Positions 30,565-42,029 are shown, counted from the stretch's first letter. The stretch is 64,000 nucleotides of DNA from an uncultured Acidobacteriaceae bacterium (GCA_963796085.1 CAWCKF010000003.1:126951-190950); one strand, 5' to 3'. Translations and numbers: made by a program. The notes: generated by a model not told the origin, from the sequence alone.

Positions 30565-31703
30565 TTATTCCTTTTCGTCCGCGGATTTTTCGGTGATGCT
30601 GGATTCGGCCAGCCGCTCTAACTGATTGCGCCAGCCCAGCGACTGGACAAAACTCTTTGACTCGCGCCAGTTAGGCTCGACGATGACGCGCAGCTCTAGA
30701 TATACGCGGGTCCCGAGCAGCGACTCGATCTTCCGCCGCGCTCCGGTCCCGATCTCCTTCAGCTTGGCGCCGCCCTTGCCGATCAGGATGGCCTTCTGCC
30801 CGCCGCGTTCGCAGTAGATGGCCGCGGCGATGCGGGTAAGCGGTTTTCTGCCCGTTTTGGACGAGGGCATCGGCTCGGGTTCCTCGAATTGCTCGATCAC
30901 CACCGCCGAGGCGTAGGGAACCTCCTCGCCCGTTTCGATCAGGATGCTCTCGCGAATCAGCTCGGCGACCATGAAGCGTTGGGGCTGATCGGTGTACTGA
31001 TCTTTGGGGTAGTAGCGCTGGCCCGTGGGCAGAACCTCGACGATCTTGCGCAGCAGCAGATCGAGACCGTCGCGCTTGCGCGCGCTCACCGGAATAATCT
31101 GGGCGAAGTGGAACTGCCGGGTGAGCGTGTCGATCAGCGGCAACAGGCGGTCCTTGGGAACCAGGTCGATCTTGGTGAGCACCAGAAAGACCGGGCAGTC
31201 GAGCTTGCGGATCAGGCCGAAGAGAAACTCATCCTCGCTGGGCGCTCCCGCGCTTCTCTCCTTTGGAGTGGATTCGCGGCCGTGCGCTTGGAGTTGCACG
31301 CCGGGTGTCCCAGGTCTCGGGGTCCCCAGCGACAGGTCTTCGTCGCTGGGGTGAGGATTCGCTTCTGAGACCTGGGAATCCACCGCTTCCAGTTTCACCC
31401 TGCGCGTGGCGTCCATCAGCACCAGCACCAGGTCGCGGGTCTCCAGCGCCTCGTAGACCTCCTGCAACATGCGGCGGTCCAGGTGCGAGCCGGGCTTGTG
31501 CACGCCGGGAGTATCCACAAAAACGATCTGCGCCGCCGATGCACGCCCTTGCGCGCCTCCACCTCCACCACCCCGGCGATGCGATTACGCGTGGTTTGCG
31601 GCTTGGCGGAGACGATGGCCACCTTTTCGCCGGTCAGGGCGTTCAGCAGCGTGCTTTTGCCGACGTTGGGCCGGCCCAGAATGGCGACAAATCCGGATTT
31701 CAA
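30565..31703 (-). CDS. era: GTPase Era with repeat-derived insertion (frameshift near 31540)
   Basis: [37 protein letters not shown] motif. Confidence 0.95.
31303..31383 (+). repeat. Family C palindrome with nested family D palindrome, in frame within era
   Basis: GGGTGTCCCAGGTCTC[GGGGTCCCCAGCGAC-AGGTCTTC-GTCGCTGGGGTG..]..GAGACCTGGGAATC. Confidence 0.85.
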
Positions 31704-31791
31704 AGAGAGGTATGCTCCTGACTGAGTTTACGGCATTTTCACTTGCGCTATAACTGGATAGCGATACCGGTGGGTTAGAAGAGGCATCAAT

Positions 31792-31847
31792 GCAGGTCCT
31801 TCGACTACGCAATCCGCAATAACGCGGCCTGCTTCGCTCAGGATGAC
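31792..31847 (-). repeat. REP-like family E element
   Basis: Reverse complement reads GTCATCCTGAGCGAAGC...GCGTAGTCGAAGGACCTGC; shares CCTGAGC/AGTCGAA with the unit at 15161-15180. Confidence 0.6.
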
Positions 31848-31863
31848 TGTATGCGCGGAGAAT

Positions 31864-33178
31864 TCAGGCGGGGGGCGTTGCAGCAGTTGCGGCTGCCGGC
31901 GGAAATACCCGCAGGCGCTCCACGCGCCGGTCGGTGGAGGCGACCACTTCCATGCGCATGCCCAGGGGTTCCAGCATCACCACTTCGCCGGCTGACGGGA
32001 TGCGGCCCTCGATCTCGCTCACCAGGCCGCCCAGCGTGGTGGCTTCGTATGCCTCGCCCAATCGCTCAGACCGGCGCTCGCCGAAGAGGTCCGGCAACTG
32101 ATCGACGGGAAAGCTGCCGGGCACCAGCCAGACGCCGTGCGGCTCGCGCTGCGGCTCTTCGACGGGCATCCTCTTCGTGCTCGTCGCGGATGTTGCCCAC
32201 GATCTGCTCGAGCAGATCCTCGATGGTGACCAGGCCCGCGACGCCGCCGTATTCGTCGATGACGATGCGCATGTGCTGCTTTTCGCGCTGCATCTCGCGC
32301 AGCAGTTCGTAGCCGCGCTTGGTCTCGGGAACGAAGACCGCCGGCGCGCTGGATGCTGGCCACGGTGCGGGTGCGGGCTTCCTCGTCGGAGATCTGCAGC
32401 AGGTCATGGGCAAAGGCGATGCCGGTCACGTTGTCCAGCGAGCCGGAATAAACCGGCACGCGGGAGAAGTTGTGCTCGCGCAGTTGGGTCGAGAAATTGC
32501 TTCCAGGGTGGTCGCAGCCGAGAACGGCAAAGACTTCAGGGCGCGGGGTCATCACCTCGCGCACCAGCTTGTCGCCGAACTCGACGGCGGAGCGGACCAG
32601 GTCGATGTCGTTCTCTTCGAGAATGCCCTCTTCTTCGCCGGCTTCGAGCAGCGCCTCCACATCCACGGCGGTCTCCTCTTCGGGCGTGGCCGGCTCCTCG
32701 GCCAGCGAGGCCACGGAGAAGAAGAAGCGCACAAAGACGGTGATGGGCGTCATCGAGCCAGAGCAGCAGACGGATGGGCCAGACCAGCCGCCCCACCCAG
32801 CGGCCGCGGGTGCGGTTGAAGAGCAGCGAGGGCAGAAGCTGGTTGCAGAAGACCACCACCAGCACCACGGCGAGAACGGCTTGCGCGATCTCGGCATAGG
32901 TGGGCCGGGCCAGATGCGGAGCGCGATCGAAGAGCACCGCGCCGAATTCCAGCGCGATGATGCCCAGGGCCAGTTGCTGCAGCACCGCCGCGCAGATGGC
33001 CGCGTGCTCGCGGCTCAGGCCCAGTTGCGGCTCGATCAGCTCCTCCCAGGCGTCCAGGTTTTCCTGTTCCTCGCGGGCGAGAATCTTGCCGAACTCGGCG
33101 TAGACGCGGCTGATGTAGCTAGGCCAGCGTCTCCACCACGGCGAGGAAGAAGATGAGGAGAATGATGAGCGGGGTCAT
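31864..33178 (-). CDS. Hemolysin-family CNNM/CBS/CorC protein, frameshifted
   Basis: [44 protein letters not shown]; ATGA overlap with ybeY. Confidence 0.9.
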
Positions 33179-33828
33179 GGGCGCGGACTCCGTCTTGTAT
33201 CAGGGCACGACTTTAGTCGTGCCGAAAGTGCTGAAAAATCGAGATGGGCTTTAGCCCCTGAGGGATGCTTTTTGGCAACTTTTCTCCCTGCCTGCTTCGG
33301 CAAGGCAGCGCGCTCGATCAAGCCTTGCGGCAGTCCGAGCCGGGCGCGGAGCAGCCGCTCGCGGCGTGCCATGCGGCCATGATCGGCTTCGTGGTCGTAT
33401 CCGGCCAGGTGCAACAGACCGTGGAGGATGAGTACTTTGATCTCAGTCGAGAGCGAGTGGCCCTGTTCGGCTGCCTGGCGGAGCGCCGTGGTTACGCTGA
33501 TGGCCAGGTCGCCGGCGATCTTTTCCGCGGACGAACCGGGAATGCGGCCTTCAGCGGGAAAGGAGAGCACGTCGGTGGCTTTGTTCTTGCCCAGGAAACG
33601 GCGGTTGAGTTTGCGAATAGCCGCATCGGTGGTCAGCAGCACGGTGACCTGGCCGCGCGAACGCACGGCAGCCTGCGCAGCGGCAAGAAAACGAACCAGC
33701 GCACGCGCGGAAGGCAGACGGAAACTGGGGGATTTTTTTCGAGCGGCAGAGGCAGCCATCCGCTTCGCCAAAGTTGTCTTGGGCACGGGGTCGGGGTCCA
33801 GGTCTGGGTCGAGGAGGATCATCGTCAC
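33175..33828 (-). CDS. ybeY: rRNA maturation RNase YbeY with repeat-derived C-terminal tail
   Basis: ATDVLSF, GDLAIS, HGLLHLAGYDH. Confidence 0.95.
   Translation of the reverse strand: MTMILLDPDLDPDPVPKTTLAKRMAASAARKKSPSFRLPSARALVRFLAAAQAAVRSRGQVTVLLTTDAAIRKLNRRFLGKNKATDVLSFPAEGRIPGSSAEKIAGDLAISVTTALRQAAEQGHSLSTEIKVLILHGLLHLAGYDHEADHGRMARRERLLRARLGLPQGLIERAALPKQAGRKVAKKHPSGAKAHLDFSALSARLKSCPDTRRSPRP
33193..33265 (+). repeat. REP-like family A half-element within the ybeY 3' end
   Basis: Same two palindromic blocks as 14065-14132. Confidence 0.9.
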
Positions 33829-34391
33829 GGCGCCGCAATACGCGGCCCCGGTTCACTCTCCATTCTACGCTTTGGTTCAATCATCGCCGCGATGGTACGC
33901 ATGGGCAGAATCATACGCATCGACTCCGGAAGCTGAATGAATCCGTGCGCCGCGTAGAACCTGGCTGCCCGTTCGCTGATGGCGTCCGCGACAACCATTG
34001 ATGAGCCAACCTGCGCGGCGTTCCCGTATGCTTTGGCAAGAGCCCTGGCCAGAAGAATGGAGCCGAGGCCCTGGCCCTGAAACTCAGTGGAGACGGCCAG
34101 CCGCCCCAGCAGCGTCGCGCTGACCATTGGATAGCGGGGAATGTGCTTCCGCGCCGCTTCGGGAACGGTTCCCGGAGCCAGTCCGTAAGCGCACAAGGTG
34201 AAGTAGCCGGCGATCAGGGTGGGCGAGTCCACTGGCGCCAGCACAAAAACCGCATTGGCCTTGCGGCGCATGTCTTGCGAGGCTTGCGTCTTCAGATAGA
34301 GATCGAGGCTCTCAATGCCGCAGTGAAATGCGGCCCGGTCATGGTGCTTGCCGAGCGGCTCAAGGAGAAAAAGCTCCTCGCGTGCGCTCAT
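33825..34391 (-). CDS. GNAT acetyltransferase toxin (TacT/AtaT-like)
   Basis: FHCGIESLDLYL, LLGRLAV..FQGQGLG, ARFYAAHGF. Confidence 0.88.
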   Translation of the reverse strand: MSAREELFLLEPLGKHHDRAAFHCGIESLDLYLKTQASQDMRRKANAVFVLAPVDSPTLIAGYFTLCAYGLAPGTVPEAARKHIPRYPMVSATLLGRLAVSTEFQGQGLGSILLARALAKAYGNAAQVGSSMVVADAISERAARFYAAHGFIQLPESMRMILPMRTIAAMIEPKRRMESEPGPRIAAP

Positions 34392-34696
34392 CAGCCTGCG
34401 ACCCGCTCCCGTGCCGAGCGAAAGGCTCGCCGCAGCCGCGCGTTGGGCTTGGGCGGATGAACCAGTGCGTCAAAGAAGGCTGTGCGGTCGCGCTCGGAGA
34501 GCACAAGATTCTGATGGCGAGCGATGGCAGCGCGAGTCGCTTCGGTGAGCGCGGAGAGGCAGAAATCAGTCAGGCTGCGCCGTTCGAGGGCGGCAGCGCG
34601 CTCGACGAGCCGCTTGGTTTCGGCGTCGACGCGGAAACCCAGGCGAAAGGCACGGGCGCGGCGCTCGGGACGGTCGATGGTTGCGGATTGCGGCAT
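34391..34696 (-). CDS. DUF1778 RHH antitoxin (TacA-like)
   Basis: RLGFRV...ERAAAL..RSLTDF...FFDALVHPPKPNARLRRA; TGATG coupling to the GNAT gene. Confidence 0.9.
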   Translation of the reverse strand: MPQSATIDRPERRARAFRLGFRVDAETKRLVERAAALERRSLTDFCLSALTEATRAAIARHQNLVLSERDRTAFFDALVHPPKPNARLRRAFRSARERVAG

Positions 34697-34798
34697 GGAA
34701 TCTCTCCCTGGTTCCGGCTCAATCCCATTGTACGTCCAATGGGAGAACAAGGCAATTTTGCAATCCCGGCCAATAAGCACGCTGGATATTTCGCATCC

Positions 34799-35842
34799 TC
34801 ACTGCGGCTTGGCCGGGTGCAACCCCTGCGCCGGAGTCCGGTCTACGCGAGTATCCACTTCGATGGCTTCGCCGAGCGCGAGCGGCAGTTCCTGCTGCAC
34901 TGGCTTGGACGACTCGTAGGCGCGCACAATCCTTTGCACCAGGGCGTGGCGCACCACGTCGCACTCCTCGAAGTGGCAGAAGTGGATGCCCTCGACGCCA
35001 TCGAGAATGTTGATGGCGTCCAGCAATCCGGACTTGCGCGGGTTGGGCAGGTCGATCTGGGTGATGTCGCCGGTGATGACCGACTTGGAGTTGTTGCCCA
35101 TGCGGGTGAGGAACATCTTCATCTGCTCGATGGTGGTGTTCTGCGCCTCGTCCATGATGATGAAGGCGTCGTTGAGCGTGCGCCCGCGCATGAAGGCCAG
35201 GGGCGCGACCTCGATGACGTTCCTCTCGAACATCTTGTCCACCTTCTCCGGATCGAGCAGGTCGTAGAGGGCGTCGTAGAGCGGGCGCAGGTAGGGGTCC
35301 ACCTTTTCCTGCAGCGTGCCGGGCAAGAAACCCAGCCGCTCGCCGGCCTCCACCGCGGGCCGCACCAGGACGATGCGGCTGACCTTCTTGGCGTTCAGGG
35401 CGGCCACGGCCATGGCGACGGCCAGATAGGTTTTGCCGGTGCCCGCCGGTCCCACGCCGAAGACCATATCGTTCTGCTCGATGGCCTCGACGTATTTGCG
35501 CTGATTGATGGAGCGCGGCTGGACGGTGCGCTTGACGCCCGCCGAGCGCTGCTTGCCTGCGTCGGCCAGCGAACGCAGCGTGGTGGCGGGGTCGGCCACC
35601 ACCAGGCGCAGCATCCCGTTCAGTTCGCCGTTGTGGGGGTTGACGCCCTGCCGGCGCAGCGCCTCGAAGTCCTGGAAGATGCGCTGCACGCGGGCCACGC
35701 CCTCTTCCGGTCCCTCCACATGCACGGCGTCGGAGCGGAGATCGATGCGCACGCCGAGCGAGTCTTCCATAAGCCTGAGGTTTTCATCGCGAGTCCCGAA
35801 CAGGGGCTCGAGGTTGGGCGTGATCTCCAGAGCGATCTTCAA
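34799..35842 (-). CDS. phoH: PhoH-family ATPase
   Basis: GPAGTGKT, GERLGFLPG, AFMRGRT, DEAQN, GDITQIDL. Confidence 0.95.
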   Translation of the reverse strand: MKIALEITPNLEPLFGTRDENLRLMEDSLGVRIDLRSDAVHVEGPEEGVARVQRIFQDFEALRRQGVNPHNGELNGMLRLVVADPATTLRSLADAGKQRSAGVKRTVQPRSINQRKYVEAIEQNDMVFGVGPAGTGKTYLAVAMAVAALNAKKVSRIVLVRPAVEAGERLGFLPGTLQEKVDPYLRPLYDALYDLLDPEKVDKMFERNVIEVAPLAFMRGRTLNDAFIIMDEAQNTTIEQMKMFLTRMGNNSKSVITGDITQIDLPNPRKSGLLDAINILDGVEGIHFCHFEECDVVRHALVQRIVRAYESSKPVQQELPLALGEAIEVDTRVDRTPAQGLHPAKPQ

Positions 35843-35895
35843 AGGTTTCGGTAGCCTCCAGTGCGGCGTGGTGAGGTTGAAGTGAAATTGTCAGC

Positions 35896-36070
35896 TTTGA
35901 AAGGGCACGACTTTAGTCGTGCCACAAGAGTGAAAGAAGGAAACCAGGGCTTTAGCCTCTGAGGGAATGTGTTTTCCGCCACTTGCATGCCCTCGGCGGC
36001 TAAAGCCGCGATTATATGGGGGCGTTTAGCGGCACGGCACCCAGAGGGTACCCGGCCGTGCCCTTTCAAA
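35896..36070. repeat. Family A inverted dimer (REPIN/BIME-like) with short nested insert
   Basis: Terminal inverted repeats TTTGAAAGGGCACG...CGTGCCCTTTCAAA; four internal hairpins; ACCCAGAGGGTACCCG replaces the last loop. Confidence 0.9.
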
Positions 36071-36498
36071 ACCTGTAGCCGTTGCGCGGCGTCGTGAACG
36101 TGCGCAATGCGACTGACCAAGCGATAGCAATCAACTGGTTGTGCGGGAAACCGGCAGACGCCAGGCAGAGCCGAGCCGATGCTCTGGGCTGCCTTGTGAA
36201 TCCGCGGGATGGCGTAGGCGACCAAATCCGGTATCTGCGCTTGAGAGTAGCGCCAACCGCCCCCGCCGTCAATCCACCCAACGATGAATTTTGGTAACCC
36301 CTGTGCCTTGGCAGGTACCTGCGGTGGTACGCCCCCATCAAGGGCATGAGCCCCGCGGCGGATGCACGCCCGCATTAAAGGCCCAACCTGCGGCGCATTG
36401 ACCCGCGGCCCTGCTTTCCCGTAGACTAAGAAATTGCGAGGGATGCGGCGTAGTTGCATTCTGACCCCGCATCATCCCTGAAGATGAAGGAAGATGTA

Positions 36499-36775
36499 AT
36501 GGCAAACCATGTATCGTCGCTGAAGCGCGCCCGGCAGACCGAAACCCGCACCGAAGTGAACCGCGCCAACCGCAGCCGCGTGCGCACCAGCCTGCGCGAC
36601 TCTGCGCGAGGCTCTCGCCAAGGGCGACGTGAAGGCCGCCCAGGCGCAGTATCGCGAGACCGTCTCCACTCTCGACAAGAGCGTGCAGAAGGGCATTCTG
36701 CACGACAACACCGTCTCCCGCTACAAGAGCCGCCTGAACGCGCGGCTGAAGGCTTTGGCTACCGCCAAGGCGTAG
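36499..36775 (+). CDS. rpsT: 30S ribosomal protein S20 (1-nt indel near 36600)
   Basis: [13 protein letters not shown]...[10 protein letters not shown]...[22 protein letters not shown]. Confidence 0.95.
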
Positions 36776-36806
36776 CGCGGCGCAGTAAAAAATTGAAATT
36801 AGCAAG

Positions 36807-36840
36807 AACAGCCGGGAGCAATCCTGGCTGTTTTTGTTTT
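36807..36840 (+). terminator. Intrinsic terminator after rpsT
   Basis: AACAGCCGGGA-GCAA-TCCTGGCTGTT followed by a T-rich tail. Confidence 0.85.
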
Positions 36841-36870
36841 AGGCCCGCCAAAGATCATAGAATTTTTGCT

Positions 36871-38070
36871 TCAATCCAGCCGCTCGAAGATGCCCGCCGC
36901 GCCCATGCCTCCGCCCACGCACATCGTCACCATGCCGTAGCGTGCCTTCCGGCGTTTCATCTCCTGGAGCAGTGTCGCGGTAAGTTTGGCCCCGGTGCAG
37001 CCCAGCGGATGGCCGAGGGCGATGGCGCCCCCGTTCACGTTGATGCGGTCGGGGTCCATCTCGAAGCCGTTCCGGCCCAGCACGCGAATGACGGCCAGCG
37101 CCTGCGCCGCAAACGCCTCGTTCAATTCGATCAGGCCGATCTCGGCCAGCGTGAGCCCGGCCTGCTTCAGGGCCTTGGGAATGGCGGTGATGGGGCCGAT
37201 GCCCATCTCCTCCGGCAGGCAGCCGGTGGCGGCGTAGGCCACCAGGCGGGCGAGGGGACGAATCCCCAGTTCCTGTGCCCGGCCGGCTTCCATCAGAACG
37301 GCCGCGGCCGCGCCGTCGGAGGTCTGCGAGGAGTTGCCGGCGGTAACCGTTCCCTGCGCGTGGAAGGCGGGCTTGAGTTTGGCCAGGGCTTCGGCGGAGG
37401 TGTCCGCGCGCGGGCCTTCGTCGGCGGCAAAGAGTCTCTCCGACACTTCCGGCTTGCCGGCTTTCACGCCGGGAACGGCCGTCGTGATCTTCACCGGAAT
37501 CAGCTCATCGGCAAAGCGCCCGGCGGCCTGCGCGGCAAGTGCCTTTTGGTGGCTGGCCAGCGCGAAGGCGTCCTGGTCTTCGCGCGAAACGCCGTAGTGA
37601 CGGGCGACGCGCTCGGCGGTCAGGCCCATGGTCAGCAGGGATGCAGGGTAGTTCTCGGCCATCCACGGATTGGGGCTGGGCTTGAGGCCGCCAAAGGGGA
37701 GCAGGCTCATGGATTCGACGCCGCCGGCCACCACCACCCGGTCACCGCCGGAGCGGATGCGCAGATCGGCCAGGGCGATGGCCTCCAGGCCGGAGGCGCA
37801 GAGGCGGTTGACGGTGACGCCGGGAACCTCCACCGGCAACCCGGCGCGCAGAGCGGCCCAGCGGGCGATATTCCAGCCCTGCTCGCCCTCCGGCTGGGCG
37901 CAGCCCAGGATCACGTCGTCGATCTCGGCCCTGTCCAGCCCAGGAACCCGGTCCAAAGCTCCGCTCAACGCAGTTGCGGCCAGGTCGTCGGGGCGGGTGG
38001 TGGAAAGCGCGCCTTTGGGGGCGCGGCCAACGGGGGTGCGAACGGCGCTGACGATAACGGCTTCCGGCAT
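36871..38070 (-). CDS. fadA: Acetyl-CoA C-acyltransferase (thiolase)
   Basis: [28 protein letters not shown]. Confidence 0.93.
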   Translation of the reverse strand: MPEAVIVSAVRTPVGRAPKGALSTTRPDDLAATALSGALDRVPGLDRAEIDDVILGCAQPEGEQGWNIARWAALRAGLPVEVPGVTVNRLCASGLEAIALADLRIRSGGDRVVVAGGVESMSLLPFGGLKPSPNPWMAENYPASLLTMGLTAERVARHYGVSREDQDAFALASHQKALAAQAAGRFADELIPVKITTAVPGVKAGKPEVSERLFAADEGPRADTSAEALAKLKPAFHAQGTVTAGNSSQTSDGAAAAVLMEAGRAQELGIRPLARLVAYAATGCLPEEMGIGPITAIPKALKQAGLTLAEIGLIELNEAFAAQALAVIRVLGRNGFEMDPDRINVNGGAIALGHPLGCTGAKLTATLLQEMKRRKARYGMVTMCVGGGMGAAGIFERLD

Positions 38071-38104
38071 GAGTATTGCTCCTTGGCGATCATGGTGCAG
38101 CTCT

Positions 38105-38272
38105 GTTTTGAAAGGGCGCGGCTTTAGCCGCGCCGATCAACAGAGAGAATAAATCTTGGGCTTTAGCCCCCGAGGGAATGTCTCTTTCAATAATTTGTAT
38201 TCCCTCGGCGGCTAAAGCCGGATTTGTATTGCAGACTCCTGTGGCGCGTCTAAAGCCGCGCCCTTTCAAAAC
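38105..38272. repeat. Family A inverted dimer
   Basis: GTTTTGAAAGGGCGCGGCTTTAG...CTAAAGCCGCGCCCTTTCAAAAC. Confidence 0.92.
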
Positions 38273-38313
38273 TCCGAGCCTTACCGCAACTTTTATGATT
38301 GCTCACGCAACTG

Positions 38314-38946
38314 TTAATCCGGCATCTCCACCAGGGTCCAGGCGCTTTTAGCAAAATAATGGTAGACCGTGCGTTGTTCGACGACCGAATCGGCCAGGGC
38401 GTCGTGGTCCAGGAGCGCCGGACGGTGCGCCAAACCGGCCTGTGCCTCGTGCACCTGCTGCGGCGATGCGGGATCGATGCCCCAGTTGAAGCCCAGAACG
38501 CCGCTGGGGTCGTGGGCTTGCAGGCGCTCGGTCTCCGGCGCTGAGGCCAGAACCAGCGGCTGACCCTGGGCCTGCGAAATCCAGTTGCCGAAGAAGACCA
38601 GCAGCGAAACCGTTCCCTCGGCGGAGCACAGGACCGCCCAGTCGGAGGAGCCGGCGCGCTCCAGGCTGGCATGAATCACGTTTTCGGGTTGGTGCGCCTC
38701 GTAGGTTTGAGGAATCAGGCAGCCGCGCTGGTTAAGCGAATCCTGAACCCAGGCAGGCAACTCGGGAAACGAACTGACGGGCAGATGGCGGATGAGGTAA
38801 GGAATGGAGTGTCCGCCGATGACGATCTGGCCCGACGCGATGAGTGGGGCGGGCCTGGGCTGCCGCGCCTGGGCCGGGACCAGGGCGCAGGCGCAGAGCA
38901 GCCCGCTAAGCATCCATACACTCCGTCTTGGACCTGCGCGAACCAT
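38314..38946 (-). CDS. Secreted hypothetical protein
   Basis: Signal peptide; GCLIPQ and DWAVLC motifs; co-oriented between fadN and fadA. Confidence 0.7.
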   Translation of the reverse strand: MVRAGPRRSVWMLSGLLCACALVPAQARQPRPAPLIASGQIVIGGHSIPYLIRHLPVSSFPELPAWVQDSLNQRGCLIPQTYEAHQPENVIHASLERAGSSDWAVLCSAEGTVSLLVFFGNWISQAQGQPLVLASAPETERLQAHDPSGVLGFNWGIDPASPQQVHEAQAGLAHRPALLDHDALADSVVEQRTVYHYFAKSAWTLVEMPD

Positions 38947-38982
38947 GGCGAATCATCGTGCCATAACCAGGCGCTTCATCGC

Positions 38983-41472
38983 TCAGTTCCGCAGCGGCTT
39001 GCCGGTTTTCAGCGTAAATGCGATGCGCTCCTGGGTCTTGCGCTCGCCGCACAGGGAGAGAAACGCCTCACGCTCCAGGTCGAGAAGATATTGCTCGCTC
39101 ACCGGCGAACCTGCCGTAACCCGTCCGCCGGCCAGGATGTACGCGGCCCAGCGCGCCACCTTCTGGTCGTGCTCTGAGGCATAGCCGGCTTCGCCCATGA
39201 GAAAGACGCCGGTCTCCAGCGTGGCCAGCGCCGCCGTGCCGGGAGCGGGAATCTGCGTGCGCGGCTGGGGCGCGGTATAACCGGCCTCGGCCAGCGCCGC
39301 CGCCTGGGCCTTGGCATCCAGCAGCAGCCGCTCGCGGTTCATGGTGATGCGGTCGGCAGGCGAGAGCAGCCCCAGCGGCCGCGCCTCGGCGGCCGAGGTG
39401 GAGACCTTGGCCAGGGCGATCGTCTCGAACGACCCGCCGCAGCGCCGTGGCCAACTCTGCCGACTGGGCAAAGCGCGAAGGCGGGTCGCGCGGGTCGGGC
39501 GGCGCCAGCGCGGCGGCCCGATCCACGGCCCTGAGCAGCATCTCCTTGGTGCCGCCTCCGGCTGGAATCAGGCCCACTCCGGCTTCGACCAGGCCGATAT
39601 AGGTCTCCGCATGAGCCTGCCGGCGCGCGGCGTGCAGGCAGATCTCCGCGCCGCCGCCCAAGGTCATGCCAAAGGGCGCCGCCACCACCGGCCGCGGGCA
39701 GAACTTGATGGCCGCGGTCATCTGCTGGAAGCCGTGGATGACGGCGGCCAGCTCCTCCCACTCGCCCTCCTGCGCCGCCAGCAGCAGTTGCATCAGGTTG
39801 GCGCCCACGGCTGAAGTTGTCGCGGTCGCCGGTGATGACAAAGCCGGCAAAGTCGCGCACCGCATCGGAGTCCGGCTTGAGCACCGCCGAAACCAGCGCC
39901 AGCACATCGCCGCCGATGGCGTTCTTGAGCGAGTGCAGCTCGATGCAGCCGATGCCGTCGCCCAGATCCACCAGCGAAGCGCCGGCGTTGGAGCGGACCA
40001 CTCCGTTCGACCGCCGGAAATCCGCAACCCGCGCGTGGCCGGGAACGGTTGCAACCGGCTCCAGCTTGCCCTTCTCCGGCTGGAAGCACTCCCGGCCATC
40101 GCGCGCATACCAGGTCGCCGCGGCGACCGAGGTCGGCTGCCCGGCGGCCAGGTCGCCGCGGCGACCCAGCAGAGCCTCGACGCGCGGGCTCACCGGCAGT
40201 CCGAGCGCCTTCATGCGGTCGACGGTCGAGCCGACACCGGCCGCATCCCACATCTCAAACGGACCCATCTCCCAGTTGAAGCCGGCGCGCATGGCGCGGT
40301 CGATGGAGGCCGCGTCGCCGGCCACTTCGCCGATGCGGTCGGCGGCATAGTTCCACAGCGAGGCCAGAAACGGCCACAGAAAAGCCGCGGCCTTGTCCTT
40401 GGCCGGGTCGTTGGCCAGCAGCAGCCGCAGCCGTTCCGGCAGCGTGGCGGCGTTTTTGGCCATCTCCAGGGCGGGCAGAGCGGGCTTTGCCGCGGGACGG
40501 TACTCAAAGGTGGCCAGGTCGAGCACCAGGCGCTCGATCTTTCCCGTCCGCGCCGCGGCTCTTCTTGTAGAAGCCCTGGCCGGCCTTGTCGCCCAGCCAG
40601 CCGCGCTTCACAATCTCGTCCAGAACGGATGCAAAACCGCCCTGCGTCACGCCCTGGGGAAAATTCGCGGCCACGTGGGCCAGAATGTCGATGCCCACCA
40701 TGTCGGCCAGCCGGAAGGTGCCGGTGCGGGGCCAGCCGATGGCCGGGCCGGTCAGCGCGTCCACTTCTTCGATGGTCAGCCCCTGCTCCAGCATCAGGGT
40801 GGCGGCGTTGAACATCACCGCGATGCCGATGCGGTTGGCGATGAAGTTGGGCGTGTCGTTGGCAAACACCACCTGCTTGCCCAGGATGCGGTCGGCGAAG
40901 GCGGCAAAGGCGGCCACCACGGCCGGATCGGTTTCGGCGGTGGGAATCACCTCCAGCAACCGCATATAGCGCGGCGGATTGAAGAAATGCGTGCCGAAGA
41001 AGCGCTCGCCGGTGTGACGGCGAGACCCGCGGCGATCCGGCTCACCGGCAGCCCGGAAGTATTGGTGGTGAGCACGGCATGGGGCGCGAGATGAGGCGCA
41101 ACCCGCGCCAGCAGCGCCGTCTTGATGGCCAGGTTCTCGGCCACGGCCTCGATCACCCAGTCGCATGCGGCCAGCTTGGCCAGATCGTCCTCGAAGTTGC
41201 CGGGCGTGATGAGCGCGGCCAGCGAGGGCTCATAGAAGGCGGCGGGCTTGGCCTTGGCCAGGGCATCGAGCGCGGCTTTCGCCAGCCGGTTGCGCGTCGC
41301 CTTCGCCAGCCGGAACCAGGTCGAGCAGCAGCGTAGGGATTCCGGCATTGGCCAGGTGGGCGGCGATGCGGGAACCCATGGTTCCGGCGCCCAGCACCGC
41401 GGCGCGGCGGACCAGAAACGGCTGGGCGGCAGGACTGGAAACGGAAGTTGCAGCCGGGGAAGTCGTGCTCAT
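38983..41472 (-). CDS. fadN: 3-hydroxyacyl-CoA dehydrogenase/enoyl-CoA hydratase (FadN-type), frameshifted
   Basis: [51 protein letters not shown]. Confidence 0.88.
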
Positions 41473-41583
41473 GCGGGCTCTCCTGCGCGGGTTGGAGTTC
41501 AAAACCATCCACCGCGCGGAAACGCAGGCAGCATACGCAAGCGCACGGCTCGCGGTCAAGCAGGGAATGAATGGAGGCCGGCG

Positions 41584-41829
41584 CTATAGCTTCTTGCGCA
41601 GATACTCAAAGACCCCATACCCGATCAGCGCGGAGATCATGGCGATCGCGAAATTCGTACCTGTAAAAATGTCGAAGAAGGCGAACGACAGGCTCTTCCC
41701 GTGCCCATGGGAAACGGTAAACTCTCCCATCAGCAAATTGGAATAAAACAGAAAGATGATAAACGCAACCTCGATCACCGCTCTCCAGAGCGGGGTAAGG
41801 CGCCGGCGATTTGTCGAGTTCCGCGGCAT
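41584..41829 (-). CDS. Small two-TM membrane protein
   Basis: FIIFLFYSNLLMGEF; GGAG RBS. Confidence 0.7.
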   Translation of the reverse strand: MPRNSTNRRRLTPLWRAVIEVAFIIFLFYSNLLMGEFTVSHGHGKSLSFAFFDIFTGTNFAIAMISALIGYGVFEYLRKKL

Positions 41830-42029
41830 GGAATCTCCATGGTATCAAGAATCGATTTGCGCTCCTATTGTTTTCGGCGATCAGCTCCGCTTGCCGGGAA
41901 TCGATATGCCAAGGAGACTGACCCGGAACTCCATGAGCCGCCCGCCGGTTTGACCCCCTTCGGTCGAGGGCAATAACTTGGAAGAGTGCGGGAGTTGCAG
42001 TTTCCTGACCTCTCGAACAAGGAGATTGG

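Noticed and set aside
35839-36459. ORFs of 206 aa and 93 aa upstream of phoH
   Set aside because: No recognisable motifs; the longer one is partly a translation of the family A repeat.
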